A DNA stretch of 64,000 nt, taken from Methylococcaceae bacterium. GTDB lineage: Bacteria; Pseudomonadota; Gammaproteobacteria; Methylococcales; Methylomonadaceae. The first letter of the stretch is position 1, and every line of letters starts with the position of its first letter. Shown one piece after another: positions 48,719 through 59,497 of this stretch. The position numbers and the translations under genes are program-made. The stretch covers positions 3,785 to 67,784 of the forward strand of contig JAKIUK010000014.1 of NCBI GenBank assembly GCA_021647585.1, given 5' to 3'. The notes below the pieces were generated by a model. The model saw nothing but the letters and a program-made list of their open reading frames with translations, searched no databases and was not told the origin of the DNA.

Positions 48719-49228
48719 TTATGCCGCTTCTGTTTCGGATGCCTGCATTTGATCTCTGACAGCAGCCAAAGTACGCGCTAACTTGCCTACTGGAGCTTTC
48801 ATTACAGCCATAATCAAACTAATACCTTCATCGCGCGTAGGCAAACTTGCCAGTCGAGCCAACTCAGATACTTCAAGTGATTTGCCGTCAAACGCAATAA
48901 CTTTAGCGATTAACTTATCATTGCTTTTTGCAAAGTCATTAATTAGTCGTGCTGCTGAGCCAGGTGCTTCCATTGAGAATGCAAGGATAAGAGGACCTTT
49001 AAATCCATCTTGCATACATTCAAATTTAGTTCCTGCAACTGCACGCTTAGCTAATGAGTTTTTTACTACTCGCAAATAAACGCCAGTTTCTCTTGCTGTC
49101 TTACGTAATTCTGTTAATTCAGAAACTGTCAGACCACGATATTCAGCTGCAACTGCAGATAATGCTTTAGCAGCATACTGCGCAACTTCATCAACAACTA
49201 CCTTTTTGCTATCCAGGTTTAATGCCAC
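48719..49228 (-). CDS. rplJ: 50S ribosomal protein L10
   Basis: 169 aa; GTG start preceded by GGAGGT; operon position. Confidence 0.97.
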   Translation of the reverse strand: MALNLDSKKVVVDEVAQYAAKALSAVAAEYRGLTVSELTELRKTARETGVYLRVVKNSLAKRAVAGTKFECMQDGFKGPLILAFSMEAPGSAARLINDFAKSNDKLIAKVIAFDGKSLEVSELARLASLPTRDEGISLIMAVMKAPVGKLARTLAAVRDQMQASETEAA

Positions 49229-49422
49229 AGATTACCTCCGGTAATTTATCCAGACTCGCGTCTGAATTTAATAAAACACATCCATTTGGATGCACCTTAC
49301 GGTCCCTCACCAATACTCCCGGTAAAGCTCCCGTCTACGCTGGCCTATAAAACAGCTATAAATTATGCCTTTGAGCACCAACGGTCTTTGACGGTTGCCG
49401 AAACCGGCAACCCAAAGTTCTT
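49229..49422 (-). promoter_or_regulatory. rplJ (L10) leader region, presumed autoregulatory leader
   Basis: 194-nt untranslated spacer between rplA and rplJ with a GGTTGCCGGTTTCGGCAACC hairpin; assigned by position relative to the known L10 leader, structure not verified. Confidence 0.45.
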
Positions 49423-50118
49423 TTATACTTCGATACTACTTTGATCGATCCATAAACCAGGACCCATCGTTGAAGAAACAGCAATTTTCTGCAGATAAAC
49501 ACCTTTTGACGCAGAGGGTTTAGCTTTCTTCAAATCAGCTATTAAAAATTCCAGATTCTGCTTGATAGCAGCTTCATCAAATGAAACCTTACCAATAGAG
49601 CAATGAATAATACCGCCCTTATCTGTACGGTAACGAACCTGACCCGATTTGGCATTTTTAACTGCCGTGGCAACATCAGGCGTTACTGTTCCAACTTTAG
49701 GGTTAGGCATTAAACCTCTTGGCCCCAAAATCTGCCCCAACTGACCGACGACTCGCATTGCATCAGGTGATGCAATAACCACATCAAAATTCATTTCGCC
49801 TTTTTTTACTTGTTCTGCCAAGTCATCCATACCTACTACATCAGCACCGGCTTCTTTAGCCGCATCTGCATTTGGTCCTTGTGTAAAGACAGCCACTCTT
49901 ACTGTTTTACCTGTACCATGTGGCAACACTGATGCTCCACGAACATTTTGATCTGATTTTCTTGGATCAACCCCCAAAACAACACTGACATCAACTGATT
50001 CATCAAACTTCGAATTGGCGAACTCTTTCAATAAAGCCACAGATTCAGAAATTGAATATTGCTGACTCTTGTCAACTTTCGCTTCAATTAATTTTGCTTT
50101 TTTAGATAACTTAGCCAT
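49423..50118 (-). CDS. rplA: 50S ribosomal protein L1
   Basis: 231 aa; [10 protein letters not shown]..., [15 protein letters not shown]. Confidence 0.98.
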   Translation of the reverse strand: MAKLSKKAKLIEAKVDKSQQYSISESVALLKEFANSKFDESVDVSVVLGVDPRKSDQNVRGASVLPHGTGKTVRVAVFTQGPNADAAKEAGADVVGMDDLAEQVKKGEMNFDVVIASPDAMRVVGQLGQILGPRGLMPNPKVGTVTPDVATAVKNAKSGQVRYRTDKGGIIHCSIGKVSFDEAAIKQNLEFLIADLKKAKPSASKGVYLQKIAVSSTMGPGLWIDQSSIEV

Positions 50119-50549
50119 TACACACCCTCCACATTCAAGCCCATGCTGCGCGCACTGCCCGCTATGATTTTCACTGCAGCATCCATATCTGCTGCATTTA
50201 GATCTTGCATTTTTGTAGTTGCAATTTCTTCTAGCTGAGCCCGAGTAACCGTTCCAACTTTTTCTGTGTTAGGTGTACCACTGCCTTTTTTAATACCTAC
50301 AGCCTTCATTAACAAAACTGAAGCGGGCGGTGTTTTTGTAATAAAAGTAAAACTTCTATCACTGTAAACTGTTATTACAACAGGAATTGGAAGACCTTTT
50401 TCAACATCTACAGTTTTCGCGTTAAAAGCCTTACAGAATTCCATAATATTCACACCATGCTGACCCAATGCAGGACCAACTGGCGGACTAGGATTCGCTT
50501 CCCCAGCTTTTACTTGTAATTTAATATACGCTTCTATTTTTTTTGCCAT
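50118..50549 (-). CDS. rplK: 50S ribosomal protein L11
   Basis: 143 aa; [24 protein letters not shown]; TAATG overlap with rplA. Confidence 0.98.
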   Translation of the reverse strand: MAKKIEAYIKLQVKAGEANPSPPVGPALGQHGVNIMEFCKAFNAKTVDVEKGLPIPVVITVYSDRSFTFITKTPPASVLLMKAVGIKKGSGTPNTEKVGTVTRAQLEEIATTKMQDLNAADMDAAVKIIAGSARSMGLNVEGV

Positions 50550-50648
50550 CTTTTACTCCAATCAGGTTTTAGCGCTTTCCAGCTCCCCAAGAAACAAAAA
50601 TCCCTATTCTTAAAAAGAACAGAGATTCGATTTACCAATAAACAACAA

Positions 50649-51182
50649 CTAAAGTTTTTCTACTTGACCGAACTCCAACTCTACAGGTGTTGAACGACCA
50701 AAAATCAACACCGCAACTTTCAATCGGCTTTTTTCATAATTTACTTCTTCAACGTTGCCGTTAAAATCTTTAAACGGGCCATCAATAACTCTTAGAACCT
50801 CGCCCACCTCAAACAATACTTTGGGTCTAGGCTTATTAACCCCTTCTTCAACTCTATTAAGAATTGCAGAGGCTTCTTTATCTGAAATAGGAGCAGGCCG
50901 GTCTGAAGTCCCTCCAATAAAACCCAATACTCTGGGGATATTACGAACCAAATGCCATGTCTCATCAGTCAACTCCATCTGAACCAACACATATCCTGGA
51001 AAAAACTTCCTCTCACTCTTGCGTTGCTGACCCATTTTCATTTCAACAACTTCTTCAGTAGGAACAAGAATCTTACCAAAATGATCCTGTAGACCTTCTA
51101 ATTCAATCTTTTCTTCCAGCGCTAATTTAACTTTATTTTCAAAGTTTGAATAAGCATGCAACACATACCAGCGAAGAGCCAT
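50649..51182 (-). CDS. nusG: transcription termination/antitermination factor NusG
   Basis: 177 aa; [14 protein letters not shown] start, C-terminal KOW region [13 protein letters not shown]. Confidence 0.97.
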   Translation of the reverse strand: MALRWYVLHAYSNFENKVKLALEEKIELEGLQDHFGKILVPTEEVVEMKMGQQRKSERKFFPGYVLVQMELTDETWHLVRNIPRVLGFIGGTSDRPAPISDKEASAILNRVEEGVNKPRPKVLFEVGEVLRVIDGPFKDFNGNVEEVNYEKSRLKVAVLIFGRSTPVELEFGQVEKL

Positions 51183-51185
51183 TCT

Positions 51186-51572
51186 CTACCCCCCCTGACC
51201 CGTTAAAGTGCGAATCCCCCAAAACAAAAACATATCCAAAAACCACAAGATCAAACCAACAATAAAAACCATACCAAATACTAACAATGTGGTCCTAATG
51301 GTTTCTTCTCGAGTAGGCCAGACTACCTTTCTGACTTCTTGTTTTGCTTCAAGTGAAAAAATCCAGATATTTTTTCCTGTACTTGTTGTCAACATAATAC
51401 CTATTGCAAGCAGTACAACCACAACCAGCGCCAACACTCTATAAAGCAATGTAAAGCCTGGCACATCAGCAAAATAATAAAACGCAGCTACTCCAGCCAC
51501 TACAAATACAAGAGACAAACCTTGCTTTATAACATCAACTACCTTTGATGCCTCTTCCGCCTGTGCATTCAT
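51186..51572 (-). CDS. secE: preprotein translocase subunit SecE
   Basis: 128 aa, three TM segments, EVRKVVWPTREET motif, upstream of nusG. Confidence 0.93.
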   Translation of the reverse strand: MNAQAEEASKVVDVIKQGLSLVFVVAGVAAFYYFADVPGFTLLYRVLALVVVVLLAIGIMLTTSTGKNIWIFSLEAKQEVRKVVWPTREETIRTTLLVFGMVFIVGLILWFLDMFLFWGIRTLTGQGG

Positions 51573-51613
51573 TTATAAATTTGGAAAATTAAATTATTGA
51601 GTTATTTTCTGAA

Positions 51614-51689
51614 TGGCAGGCCAGGAGGGACTCGAACCCACAACCTGCGGTTTTGGAGACCGCTGCTCTACCAATTGAGCCACTGACCT
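51614..51689 (-). tRNA. tRNA-Trp (anticodon CCA)
   Basis: Hand-folded cloverleaf AGGTCAGTGGCTCAATTGGTAGAGC...CTCCAAA loop...GGTTCGAGTCC...CCTGCCA. Confidence 0.95.
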
Positions 51690-51799
51690 ATTCAGAAAAC
51701 CGTAAAGAATTGAATACTTTACTACACAAAAAAAATAAATGCAATAAAATATATAAAATTGCTGCACCACTCTTACTGCTCCTACTGGTATCGACCAAC

Positions 51800-51875
<76 letters not shown>

Positions 51876-51898
51876 ACATTTTTTGTTTTTTGTGGAAT

Positions 51899-51972
51899 TG
51901 GAGCGGGTGATGGGAATCGAACCCACATAATCAGCTTGGAAGGCTGGAGTTCTACCACTGAACTACACCCGC
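51899..51972 (-). tRNA. tRNA-Gly (anticodon TCC)
   Basis: GCGGGTGTAGTTCAGTGGTAGAAC, anticodon loop CTTCCAA, GGTTCGATTCC, 3' CCA. Confidence 0.95.
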
Positions 51973-51994
51973 ATATTTCCCTTATTGGAAAGAA

Positions 51995-52079
51995 TGGTGG
52001 AGGGGGGAGGATTCGAACCTCCGAAGGTAGAACCGTCAGATTTACAGTCTGATCCCTTTGGCCACTCGGGAACCCCTCC
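51995..52079 (-). tRNA. tRNA-Tyr (anticodon GTA), long variable arm
   Basis: GGAGGGGTTCCCGAGTGGCCAAAGGGA, anticodon loop CTGTAAA, GGTTCGAATCC, 3' CCA; 85 nt. Confidence 0.95.
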
Positions 52080-52089
52080 TGAACCGACT

Positions 52090-52118
52090 ATTATGATTCA
52101 CAACACCCTTGCAGTCAA
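52090..52118 (-). promoter_or_regulatory. candidate sigma70 promoter of the tRNA-Tyr/Gly/Thr cluster
   Basis: Minus strand TTGACT-17 nt-CATAAT ending 10 nt before the mature tRNA-Tyr 5' end, preceded by an AT-rich UP-like tract. Confidence 0.6.
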
Positions 52119-52339
52119 TAATTATTTTCAATTTTCCAATAATTCATATACCTTTATAACAAACCAAAGGTTTTGATCTGCCTGTTTTTTTCAAGGCTAT
52201 CAGCAGAAGCAACATCAGACCCAAGGTTAAATAGATGTATTCACAGCATGCTTAAGGAATAAAACAGAAGCAGTCTATTGCAAGCTCACAACAATCATAT
52301 TGATTATTCTTTCGACTAAAACCGGCTACAGACAACCAC

Positions 52340-52915
52340 CTAGCCAGGAGATTTATTTAATCCATTCATAGCTGTTGCCATATCACCAGCCACAATCTTA
52401 TTTATTTGTTGATCAATCAGAACAAAGGCCGACAACATCAAGCCAAATTCTTCTTTAGACGGATTAGACAATACGTAATCAGCTACCGGTCTGCCAGAAA
52501 CAGGACGCCCTATCCCCAGCCTAATCCGATAAAAATTCTTTTCACCCAGACTCGCCATGATATCACGCAAACCATTATGCCCAGCATGCCCCCCGCCCTT
52601 CTTAAGCTTTACCACACCTACACTTAAGTCCAGCTCATCATGAATAATCAAAATCTCATCCACCTTGAATTTATAATACCTCGCCACCGAACCCACCGAC
52701 AAACCGCTACGATTCATAAATGTCTGAGGCTTGAGAAAAATCACCTTTCCTCCGCCCACATGACTACTAGCAGTAATACCATGAAACTTTGACTCTACAG
52801 ACCAGGATCCGCCACAACTACCAAGCAAATGATCTAAAAACAAAAAACCGGCGTTATGCCGGTTTTTTTCATACTGTCGACCCGGATTACCCAGACCAGC
52901 TATAAGCTTAATCAC
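52340..52915 (-). CDS. pth: peptidyl-tRNA hydrolase
   Basis: 191 aa; LIAGLGNPGRQYEKNRHNAGF. Confidence 0.96.
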   Translation of the reverse strand: MIKLIAGLGNPGRQYEKNRHNAGFLFLDHLLGSCGGSWSVESKFHGITASSHVGGGKVIFLKPQTFMNRSGLSVGSVARYYKFKVDEILIIHDELDLSVGVVKLKKGGGHAGHNGLRDIMASLGEKNFYRIRLGIGRPVSGRPVADYVLSNPSKEEFGLMLSAFVLIDQQINKIVAGDMATAMNGLNKSPG

Positions 52916-52920
52916 TACTG

Positions 52921-53562
52921 CTATTCATCACCATCTTCAGCATCTTCTTCAGAGGAGACCTCATCATCCTCATCCTCTTTAACTGCTTTTGTCTTCACAA
53001 CTTGAGCAACAGTATGATCATGATCACCCTTTTGTGCCAAAATAACAATCTCGACACCTTCCGGTAGTACAATATCAGTAAGATGGAGTGAATCACCAAT
53101 ATCGAGTCCACTTAAGTCTACCTCAATATATTCTGGTAATGCAGAAGGCAAACAAGAGACCTCAACATCCACCATTGCATGTGTTACCACTCCACCTGCT
53201 TTCGCCCCAACACACGTATCTTCATTGATAAAATGCAAAGGGACATGAACTTTTAATACATGCGTTGCATCAACACGCATAAAATCCATATGCAAAACCT
53301 GGGGCTTCGCTGGGTGACGCTGAATACCTTTTAAAATCGCCTTCTCTGTTTTTCCATCTATCTTTAAATCTAAAACATGAGAATAAACTGCCTCGTGATC
53401 TAAATGCTTAAGCACCTCGTTATGCACTAAAACAATCGATTGAGGCACCTGACCCCCACCATAAACAACCGCAGGCACATTACCATTGCGACGGACTGCT
53501 CTTGCCGCACGCTTACCTGACAGATCGCGATTTTCAGCTACAAATTCAAACACGCTAGACAT
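52921..53562 (-). CDS. rplY: 50S ribosomal protein L25 / general stress protein Ctc (long form with acidic tail)
   Basis: Start at MSSVFEFVAENR with GGAGAAAAAG upstream; RRNGNVPAVVYGG motif; upstream 17-codon extension rejected. Confidence 0.92.
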   Translation of the reverse strand: MSSVFEFVAENRDLSGKRAARAVRRNGNVPAVVYGGGQVPQSIVLVHNEVLKHLDHEAVYSHVLDLKIDGKTEKAILKGIQRHPAKPQVLHMDFMRVDATHVLKVHVPLHFINEDTCVGAKAGGVVTHAMVDVEVSCLPSALPEYIEVDLSGLDIGDSLHLTDIVLPEGVEIVILAQKGDHDHTVAQVVKTKAVKEDEDDEVSSEEDAEDGDE

Positions 53563-53613
53563 CTTTTTCTCCAAACTCGCTCTTACAAGCGCTTCAATAT
53601 AAATTTCATTCAA

Positions 53614-54570
53614 TCAATCAACATAGAGCGAACTCACCGACTCACTCTCAGCAATTCGCCTAATTGTTTCAGCCAGCATCTCAGCAACGCTTAGCTGTCT
53701 AATTTGTCCTATCGACAACAATTCTTCGTTTAATGGTATGGTATCGGTTACTACCAACTCATCCAACACCGAAGCTTTCACATTTTCTGCCGCTGCACCC
53801 GATAAAACCGGATGCGTGCAGTACGCTACGACCTTCAGGGCCCCATTCTTCTTCAATGCCGCCGCTGCATGACACAAAGTTCCCGCCGTATCAACCAGAT
53901 CATCAACCATCACACAGGTCCGCCCAGAAACATCACCAATAATATGCATTATCTCGGACACATTAGCTTTCGGACGGCGCTTATCAATAATAGCCAAATC
54001 CGCATCACCCAAACGCTTTGCCAGAGCCCTTGCTCTAACAACACCACCGACATCGGGTGATACAACAATTAAATCCTTATATTTTTGCCGCCAGACATCA
54101 CCCAACAACAAGGGCGAGGCATAAACATTATCAACAGGAATATCAAAAAACCCCTGTATCTGGTCAGCATGCAGGTCAACCGTTAAAACACGATCCGCAC
54201 CCGCAGTATCTATCATATTAGCGACTAATTTTGCAGTAATTGGCACTCTTGCCGAGCGAGATCTCCGGTCCTGCCGGGCATACCCATAATAAGGTATTAC
54301 TGCAGTTATACGTGACGCAGACGCTCTTTTTAAAGCATCAATCATCACCAATAACTCCATCAGATGCTGATCAGCTGGAGAACATGTCGGCTGAATGACA
54401 AACACATCCCTACCACGAACATTTTCTTCAATCTCTACTACAATCTCCCCATCACTAAAACGTCCAACAGTCGCCATGCCTAAACGCATGTTCAACTTCC
54501 TCACTATACCTTCAGATAAAGCTCTATTAGCGTTACCAGAAAATACCATCATAGAGGAATCTTGCATCAA
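53614..54570 (-). CDS. prs: ribose-phosphate pyrophosphokinase
   Basis: MMVFSGNAN..., [22 protein letters not shown]-binding loop [12 protein letters not shown]; exact start among the N-terminal Met codons uncertain. Confidence 0.97.
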   Translation of the reverse strand: MMQDSSMMVFSGNANRALSEGIVRKLNMRLGMATVGRFSDGEIVVEIEENVRGRDVFVIQPTCSPADQHLMELLVMIDALKRASASRITAVIPYYGYARQDRRSRSARVPITAKLVANMIDTAGADRVLTVDLHADQIQGFFDIPVDNVYASPLLLGDVWRQKYKDLIVVSPDVGGVVRARALAKRLGDADLAIIDKRRPKANVSEIMHIIGDVSGRTCVMVDDLVDTAGTLCHAAAALKKNGALKVVAYCTHPVLSGAAAENVKASVLDELVVTDTIPLNEELLSIGQIRQLSVAEMLAETIRRIAESESVSSLYVD

Positions 54571-54604
54571 AGCACTCCGTCAGATTTTGCAATTGGAGAC
54601 AAAA

Positions 54605-54679
54605 TGGCTGGGCTGCCAGGATTCGAACCTGGGTATGCGGAGATCAAAACCCCGTGCCTTACCGCTTGGCGACAGCCCA
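54605..54679 (-). tRNA. tRNA-Gln (anticodon TTG)
   Basis: TGGGCTGTCGCCAAGCGGTAAGGCA, anticodon loop TTTTGAT, GGTTCGAATCC, 3' CCA. Confidence 0.93.
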
Positions 54680-54688
54680 ATAAAACTT

Positions 54689-55543
54689 TTAAACCAGCGC
54701 ATCCAACAATAGCGACCTATTCAACCCTTTGGTTAAATAAACCTGCCATTGTTTTTTCAATGTCTCATATGCCTCTACTGCTGATTCTTTACAATCAAAC
54801 TGTGCAAAAACACATGCCCCTGTACCTGTCAACCTAGCCTCAGAAAACCTCGCCAGATCAACCAAAGCTTTTTCAACTGGCTGATAAATTTTGCGAACTA
54901 CAGCAACACAATCATTTTGATGCTGACCCGCAATAAAGTCAGCCATTGTGATTGATTTACTATCCCTTGTCAAATCTTTAACCGAAAAAATTTCTTTGGT
55001 ATCGACATGACAATCTGGCTTTATTATCACTAACCATTTTTCATCCACATCAATTTTCTTCAATATTTCACCTACCCCCTCTGCCCATGCCGCATGCCCA
55101 TATATAAATACCGGTACATCTGCGCCTAACTGCAAGCCAAGCTGCATCAATCTCTCTACTGACAACCCCAACTTCCACAACCGATTTAATATAACCAGTG
55201 TTGTCGCTGCATCTGAACTACCTCCACCAAGCCCACCACCCATAGGCAGGTTCTTTTCAATTTCTATACATACTCCCTGCTGACAGCCTATTTCCTGTTT
55301 TAACAGATTTGCTGCTCGTACAGTCAAGTTCATTTCTTCTGCAACCCCGGGTATAGGGGTATGCAGACTTATGCGCCCATCATCGACCGGGCGAAAAGTC
55401 AGCCAATCACATAAATCTGTTAACTGAAATACCGTTTGCAGCAGATGATAACCATCTTCCCTTTGCCCAGTGATCCTTAACATCAAATTTATTTTTGCTG
55501 GTGCAGGCCATTTTTTACCCCATCCAGTCATATCATTGCTCAT
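54689..55543 (-). CDS. ispE: 4-diphosphocytidyl-2-C-methyl-D-erythritol kinase
   Basis: 284 aa; PAPAKINLMLRITG, GHMP kinase motif PMGGGLGGGSSDAA. Confidence 0.95.
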   Translation of the reverse strand: MSNDMTGWGKKWPAPAKINLMLRITGQREDGYHLLQTVFQLTDLCDWLTFRPVDDGRISLHTPIPGVAEEMNLTVRAANLLKQEIGCQQGVCIEIEKNLPMGGGLGGGSSDAATTLVILNRLWKLGLSVERLMQLGLQLGADVPVFIYGHAAWAEGVGEILKKIDVDEKWLVIIKPDCHVDTKEIFSVKDLTRDSKSITMADFIAGQHQNDCVAVVRKIYQPVEKALVDLARFSEARLTGTGACVFAQFDCKESAVEAYETLKKQWQVYLTKGLNRSLLLDALV

Positions 55544-55793
55544 TATATTTACTATTCTAAGTTCTCAAAATTAACAGCTTATTTTATACCGTATTTTGTC
55601 TGGCCAGATTGCCTCAAAAAGGCTAGCCGTTAAGGGTCTTACATCTGTCATTTGAGACATGATGCTGTTTAGTTATTATCACCCTACTTTTCGATTATGA
55701 TGGCCTGGACAGACTCAACGAGCTCAGAAAAACAGAAGCGATTGCTACTCTTGAAGTACAAATAAGACTGGTAATTTATTTCTTCAAACCACC

Positions 55794-56360
55794 TTAGATG
55801 TCCCAATGACTAATAATTAACTTCAATTTAGTTAGCTCTTTCTCTACTTTTATTTTCCTTGGCATCTCATTCTGACCCTCAAGCTGCATCTGCAAATATT
55901 GTACACTCCATCCTGATTGCAAAAAGCCATTTTCAAACTCGACATAATTGGCAGTGGGTTCAGCCAATCCGAGAACCCAGAATTTTAACGCTGAAACCGG
56001 CACGACAATTCCCGTGTACATTGAAATAACTTCATCCAGATTGCCATAATGTTGCAACCGCTTATCACCAAAATCAATGACTACACTGTCTCCAGTGAGC
56101 ACTAATAATGTTCGCCCTTGCCCAAAAGGTCCGGCCAGTTCAATTTCATCCCTATCCGCTTGGTGCCTCCAGTTAATTGATGCTGAAAAAGATTCGTTTT
56201 CATTTGCCAAAGCAAGCCTACCGGCAAAAGACCAAACGCTACTATCATATAAATATTCACGTTCGGCCAGTTGAAATGGAATTGCTGATTTAATGGGTGC
56301 ATCTGCACACGAAGCCAAAACTGCTAACAACAATAACCCAAATATTACTCTGACAATCAT
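55794..56360 (-). CDS. lolB: outer-membrane lipoprotein LolB
   Basis: 188 aa; lipobox LASC; position between the TPR protein and ispE as in other gammaproteobacteria. Confidence 0.85.
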   Translation of the reverse strand: MIVRVIFGLLLLAVLASCADAPIKSAIPFQLAEREYLYDSSVWSFAGRLALANENESFSASINWRHQADRDEIELAGPFGQGRTLLVLTGDSVVIDFGDKRLQHYGNLDEVISMYTGIVVPVSALKFWVLGLAEPTANYVEFENGFLQSGWSVQYLQMQLEGQNEMPRKIKVEKELTKLKLIISHWDI

Positions 56361-58103
56361 CTATTGATGGTTTTCCAGAATCATATGCTGAATCTTTAAA
56401 AGATATTCGTCATCAGGGGATTTTTTTATCGCTTTTTCAAAAATATTTTTTGCTTCTTCCTTATCACCCAGACTCCACAAAACTTCGGCAAGGTGTGCAG
56501 CAATTTCACTTTCAGGTTGTTTTTCATACGCAGAACGCAGGTATTTTAATGCCTTCATGCTCTCACCTTGCTTAAAATGCAACCATCCAATACTGTCTAT
56601 AATCACAGCTTCTTCAGGTTTAAGTGTAATTGCACGTTGCAAATAACCTTCCGCTTCTTCAAATCTATCCGTTCTATCAACCAAAGTGTATCCTAATGCA
56701 TTCAAAGTACTGGCATCATCAGGATTCTTTAATAATATTTTTTTTAAGTCTGATTCTAAAAGATCAAGTCTATCCAGTTTTTCTGCTATTAAAGCTCGCG
56801 TATAAAGTAAATTCCGGTGATCAGGATTTTTTTTCAGTGCATCAGTCAAAATATCAAATGCTTTTTGATAATCTTTTTGCCCACTGTAGACTTCAGTTTC
56901 CAGCAACAGAATTTGTATTTTTTGTTTTGGAAATTCATCAGTTAAAGCAGATAAACGACTTTCAGCCTCAACGAAATTCTTTTGACTTAACAATACAGAA
57001 ACTGCCGCCATTGAAGCCTCATAGTGATAAGCGCCTTGAGTTACTTTATCAAACCAGACCAAAGCCTTCTCATAATGCTTATTTTTATATTCAATTCTTC
57101 CAATATAAAAACTTGCCTGCGCACCCCATGTAGGGATATTAACCATTTGTTTCAATTTAACCAGTGCTTTATGTTCTTTTTCTTGCTGTAGATAAATCAA
57201 AGCAATGGCAAACTGACTTTCCGCGTCATCGGGCTTGTTTGTTAAAATTTCCTGATACAACTGCATCGCATCTTCTAATGCTTTGGTTTTAACTAAAACC
57301 TGGGCCAGCATTTTCTTTACTCGATGATTATCTGGTGTTTTTTCCAGGATTTTTTCCAAGTCATCCCTAGCCGCGTCCAGTTCACCGACCTGAGCAGCCA
57401 ATTGTGCTCGCAAAATAAGTGCTTTATTCCAACTAGGCTCCAGAGCCAAAGCTTTATTAACTTTTTCTTTTGCTACATTCCCTTTATTAAGCTTTCCAGC
57501 TATTAAGGCCTGTACAAAATAAACCACTGCCTGCTCAGGGTGTTGAACCGCAACATCTTCCAGCACACTAAATATAACATCGGCTCTACCATCCTTAGCA
57601 AGAACCTTAGTCAACTCCATCAACGTTGACTCAAATCCTGCCGGGTCATCTGCCAAAATCCTATTCAAATGTGCTAATGCTACTTTTCTATCTCCTCTTC
57701 TCAACGCAGACAAAGCAGCTATTTTTCTAGCCGTCAGATTTTTATCATCCTGTTTTAGCCATAGTGAAACAGCCTCAGCAGTTTTGTCAGTGTTTTTTAA
57801 AAAAACACCTATTTTGGCGGCTCTTTCTGAAATCCTTGGATCATTAACTCGTTTGGCTGCTTGCAAATAACCATCCAGAGCAACGCCATATTGATTTCTT
57901 TGGCCAGCAATTTCTGCCGTTAATAATAAATAAAGTACATCAGGTGAAATAGCCGTAATTTTTTCCGAATCAACTTCCTGTTCAGCACTATTTGTTTCAG
58001 CTTTCTGTGTCGATCGTTTACGCAATTCCTTATCAGGCATGCTTGCACAGCCGACTAAAAACAAAAATATCAGTCCTGTTATTAACTTTATAATGAACAC
58101 CAC
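56361..58103 (-). CDS. TPR-repeat lipoprotein
   Basis: 580 aa; lipobox LVGC after signal peptide; many 34-aa TPR-like repeats; conserved neighbour of lolB. Confidence 0.85.
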   Translation of the reverse strand: MVFIIKLITGLIFLFLVGCASMPDKELRKRSTQKAETNSAEQEVDSEKITAISPDVLYLLLTAEIAGQRNQYGVALDGYLQAAKRVNDPRISERAAKIGVFLKNTDKTAEAVSLWLKQDDKNLTARKIAALSALRRGDRKVALAHLNRILADDPAGFESTLMELTKVLAKDGRADVIFSVLEDVAVQHPEQAVVYFVQALIAGKLNKGNVAKEKVNKALALEPSWNKALILRAQLAAQVGELDAARDDLEKILEKTPDNHRVKKMLAQVLVKTKALEDAMQLYQEILTNKPDDAESQFAIALIYLQQEKEHKALVKLKQMVNIPTWGAQASFYIGRIEYKNKHYEKALVWFDKVTQGAYHYEASMAAVSVLLSQKNFVEAESRLSALTDEFPKQKIQILLLETEVYSGQKDYQKAFDILTDALKKNPDHRNLLYTRALIAEKLDRLDLLESDLKKILLKNPDDASTLNALGYTLVDRTDRFEEAEGYLQRAITLKPEEAVIIDSIGWLHFKQGESMKALKYLRSAYEKQPESEIAAHLAEVLWSLGDKEEAKNIFEKAIKKSPDDEYLLKIQHMILENHQ

Positions 58104-58182
58104 GAGTCCCTATTTCATAATATTAAACATCCTTATAGAGTATCAGAAAATCAAAAAAAATTAGACCAAGATTTTATTCTAT

Positions 58183-58211
58183 TTGGATAAAAGCAATATA
58201 TTCCTTAGAAT
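58183..58211 (+). promoter_or_regulatory. candidate sigma70 promoter of hemA-prfA-prmC
   Basis: TTGGAT-17 nt-TAGAAT, about 35 nt upstream of the hemA ATG. Confidence 0.4.
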
Positions 58212-58246
58212 AAGCCATTTAAATAATACATTTCGTTATCACTCAA

Positions 58247-59497
58247 ATGACACTTTTGGCCGTAGGGGTAAATTACAATACAGCACCAGTTGCAATCCGG
58301 GAACGCTTAGCATTCCCGGCAGATATGCTTGAATCATCACTAAAAACTTTATGGAATAGCCATAAAATTAACGGCGCTGCCATCTTATCCACCTGCAATA
58401 GAACTGAATTTTATTATCAGACGGATGAAAACGAACCTAACACCCTGATTGAATGGATTGCTGATATTAAAAAAATCAGCCCAAATGAGTTCACCCCTTA
58501 TTTATATAGCCACACAGACAGCCAAACAATACGCCACATGTTTCGTGTCGCTAGCGGCCTGGATTCCATGGTTCTCGGCGAACCCCAGATTCTTGGGCAA
58601 ATGAAAACGGCCTATCAGGCGGCTTATGACGCAGGTACACTAGGAAAACATTTAGGCAAACTGTTTCACCATACCTTTTCAGCAGCAAAAAAAGTACGCA
58701 CGGATACTGCCATCGGTTCCAGCCCTGTCTCAGTCGCTTTTGCTGCCGTACAACTGGCACAACAAATTTTCGATTCACTCAGCGAACAAACTGCTTTATT
58801 AATCGGGGCTGGAGAAACTATAGAATTAACTGCCAGGCATTTATATCAAAATAATATAGGCCGTATTATTATTGCCAACAGAACCTTTGACAAAGCCCAC
58901 GCGCTTGCCGCGCAATTTAATGGCTATGCAATTGCCTTGTCAGAAATCCCTACGCATCTTGCTGAAGCTGATATTGTAGTTTCTTCTACTTCCAGCCAAC
59001 TCCCTATTTTAGGCAAAGGTAGAGTTGAAAGTGCTATCAAAAAACGTAAACACAAACCCATATTTATGGTTGACCTTGCTGTCCCACGTGATATAGAAGC
59101 TGAAGTAGCACAACTCAAAGACGTCTATTTATATACTGTTGATGACCTGCAACACACCATAGACCAAAACATGGATTCCAGGCGTAAAGCTGCTGAACAG
59201 GCCGAAGAAATCATAGATACTCAGGTAGAACACTTTATGTCCTGGATGCGTTCTCAAGGTGCTCAATCAGTCATTAAGGACTATCGCCAACAAGCGGAAT
59301 TAACGCGCGATGAAGTACTAGCAAAAGCATTGTCTCAACTTAACAACGGTAACAGTGCAGAAGAAGTATTAAATCGCTTAGCGCATACATTGACCAACAA
59401 ACTAATTCATACCCCCAGCAGTCAACTGCGAGAAGCAGGAGCCAACGACAGACACGATTTAGTCTCAGCAGCTAGAGAAATTTTTAAATTAAAATAA
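58247..59497 (+). CDS. hemA: glutamyl-tRNA reductase
   Basis: 416 aa; [10 protein letters not shown] catalytic Cys motif, [13 protein letters not shown] motif. Confidence 0.96.
   Translation: MTLLAVGVNYNTAPVAIRERLAFPADMLESSLKTLWNSHKINGAAILSTCNRTEFYYQTDENEPNTLIEWIADIKKISPNEFTPYLYSHTDSQTIRHMFRVASGLDSMVLGEPQILGQMKTAYQAAYDAGTLGKHLGKLFHHTFSAAKKVRTDTAIGSSPVSVAFAAVQLAQQIFDSLSEQTALLIGAGETIELTARHLYQNNIGRIIIANRTFDKAHALAAQFNGYAIALSEIPTHLAEADIVVSSTSSQLPILGKGRVESAIKKRKHKPIFMVDLAVPRDIEAEVAQLKDVYLYTVDDLQHTIDQNMDSRRKAAEQAEEIIDTQVEHFMSWMRSQGAQSVIKDYRQQAELTRDEVLAKALSQLNNGNSAEEVLNRLAHTLTNKLIHTPSSQLREAGANDRHDLVSAAREIFKLK

Noticed and set aside
54395-54837. ORFs of 105 and 91 aa spanning the prs start, tRNA-Gln and the ispE end
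   Set aside because: They overlap tRNA-Gln and the antisense frames of prs and ispE, so they are artefacts.
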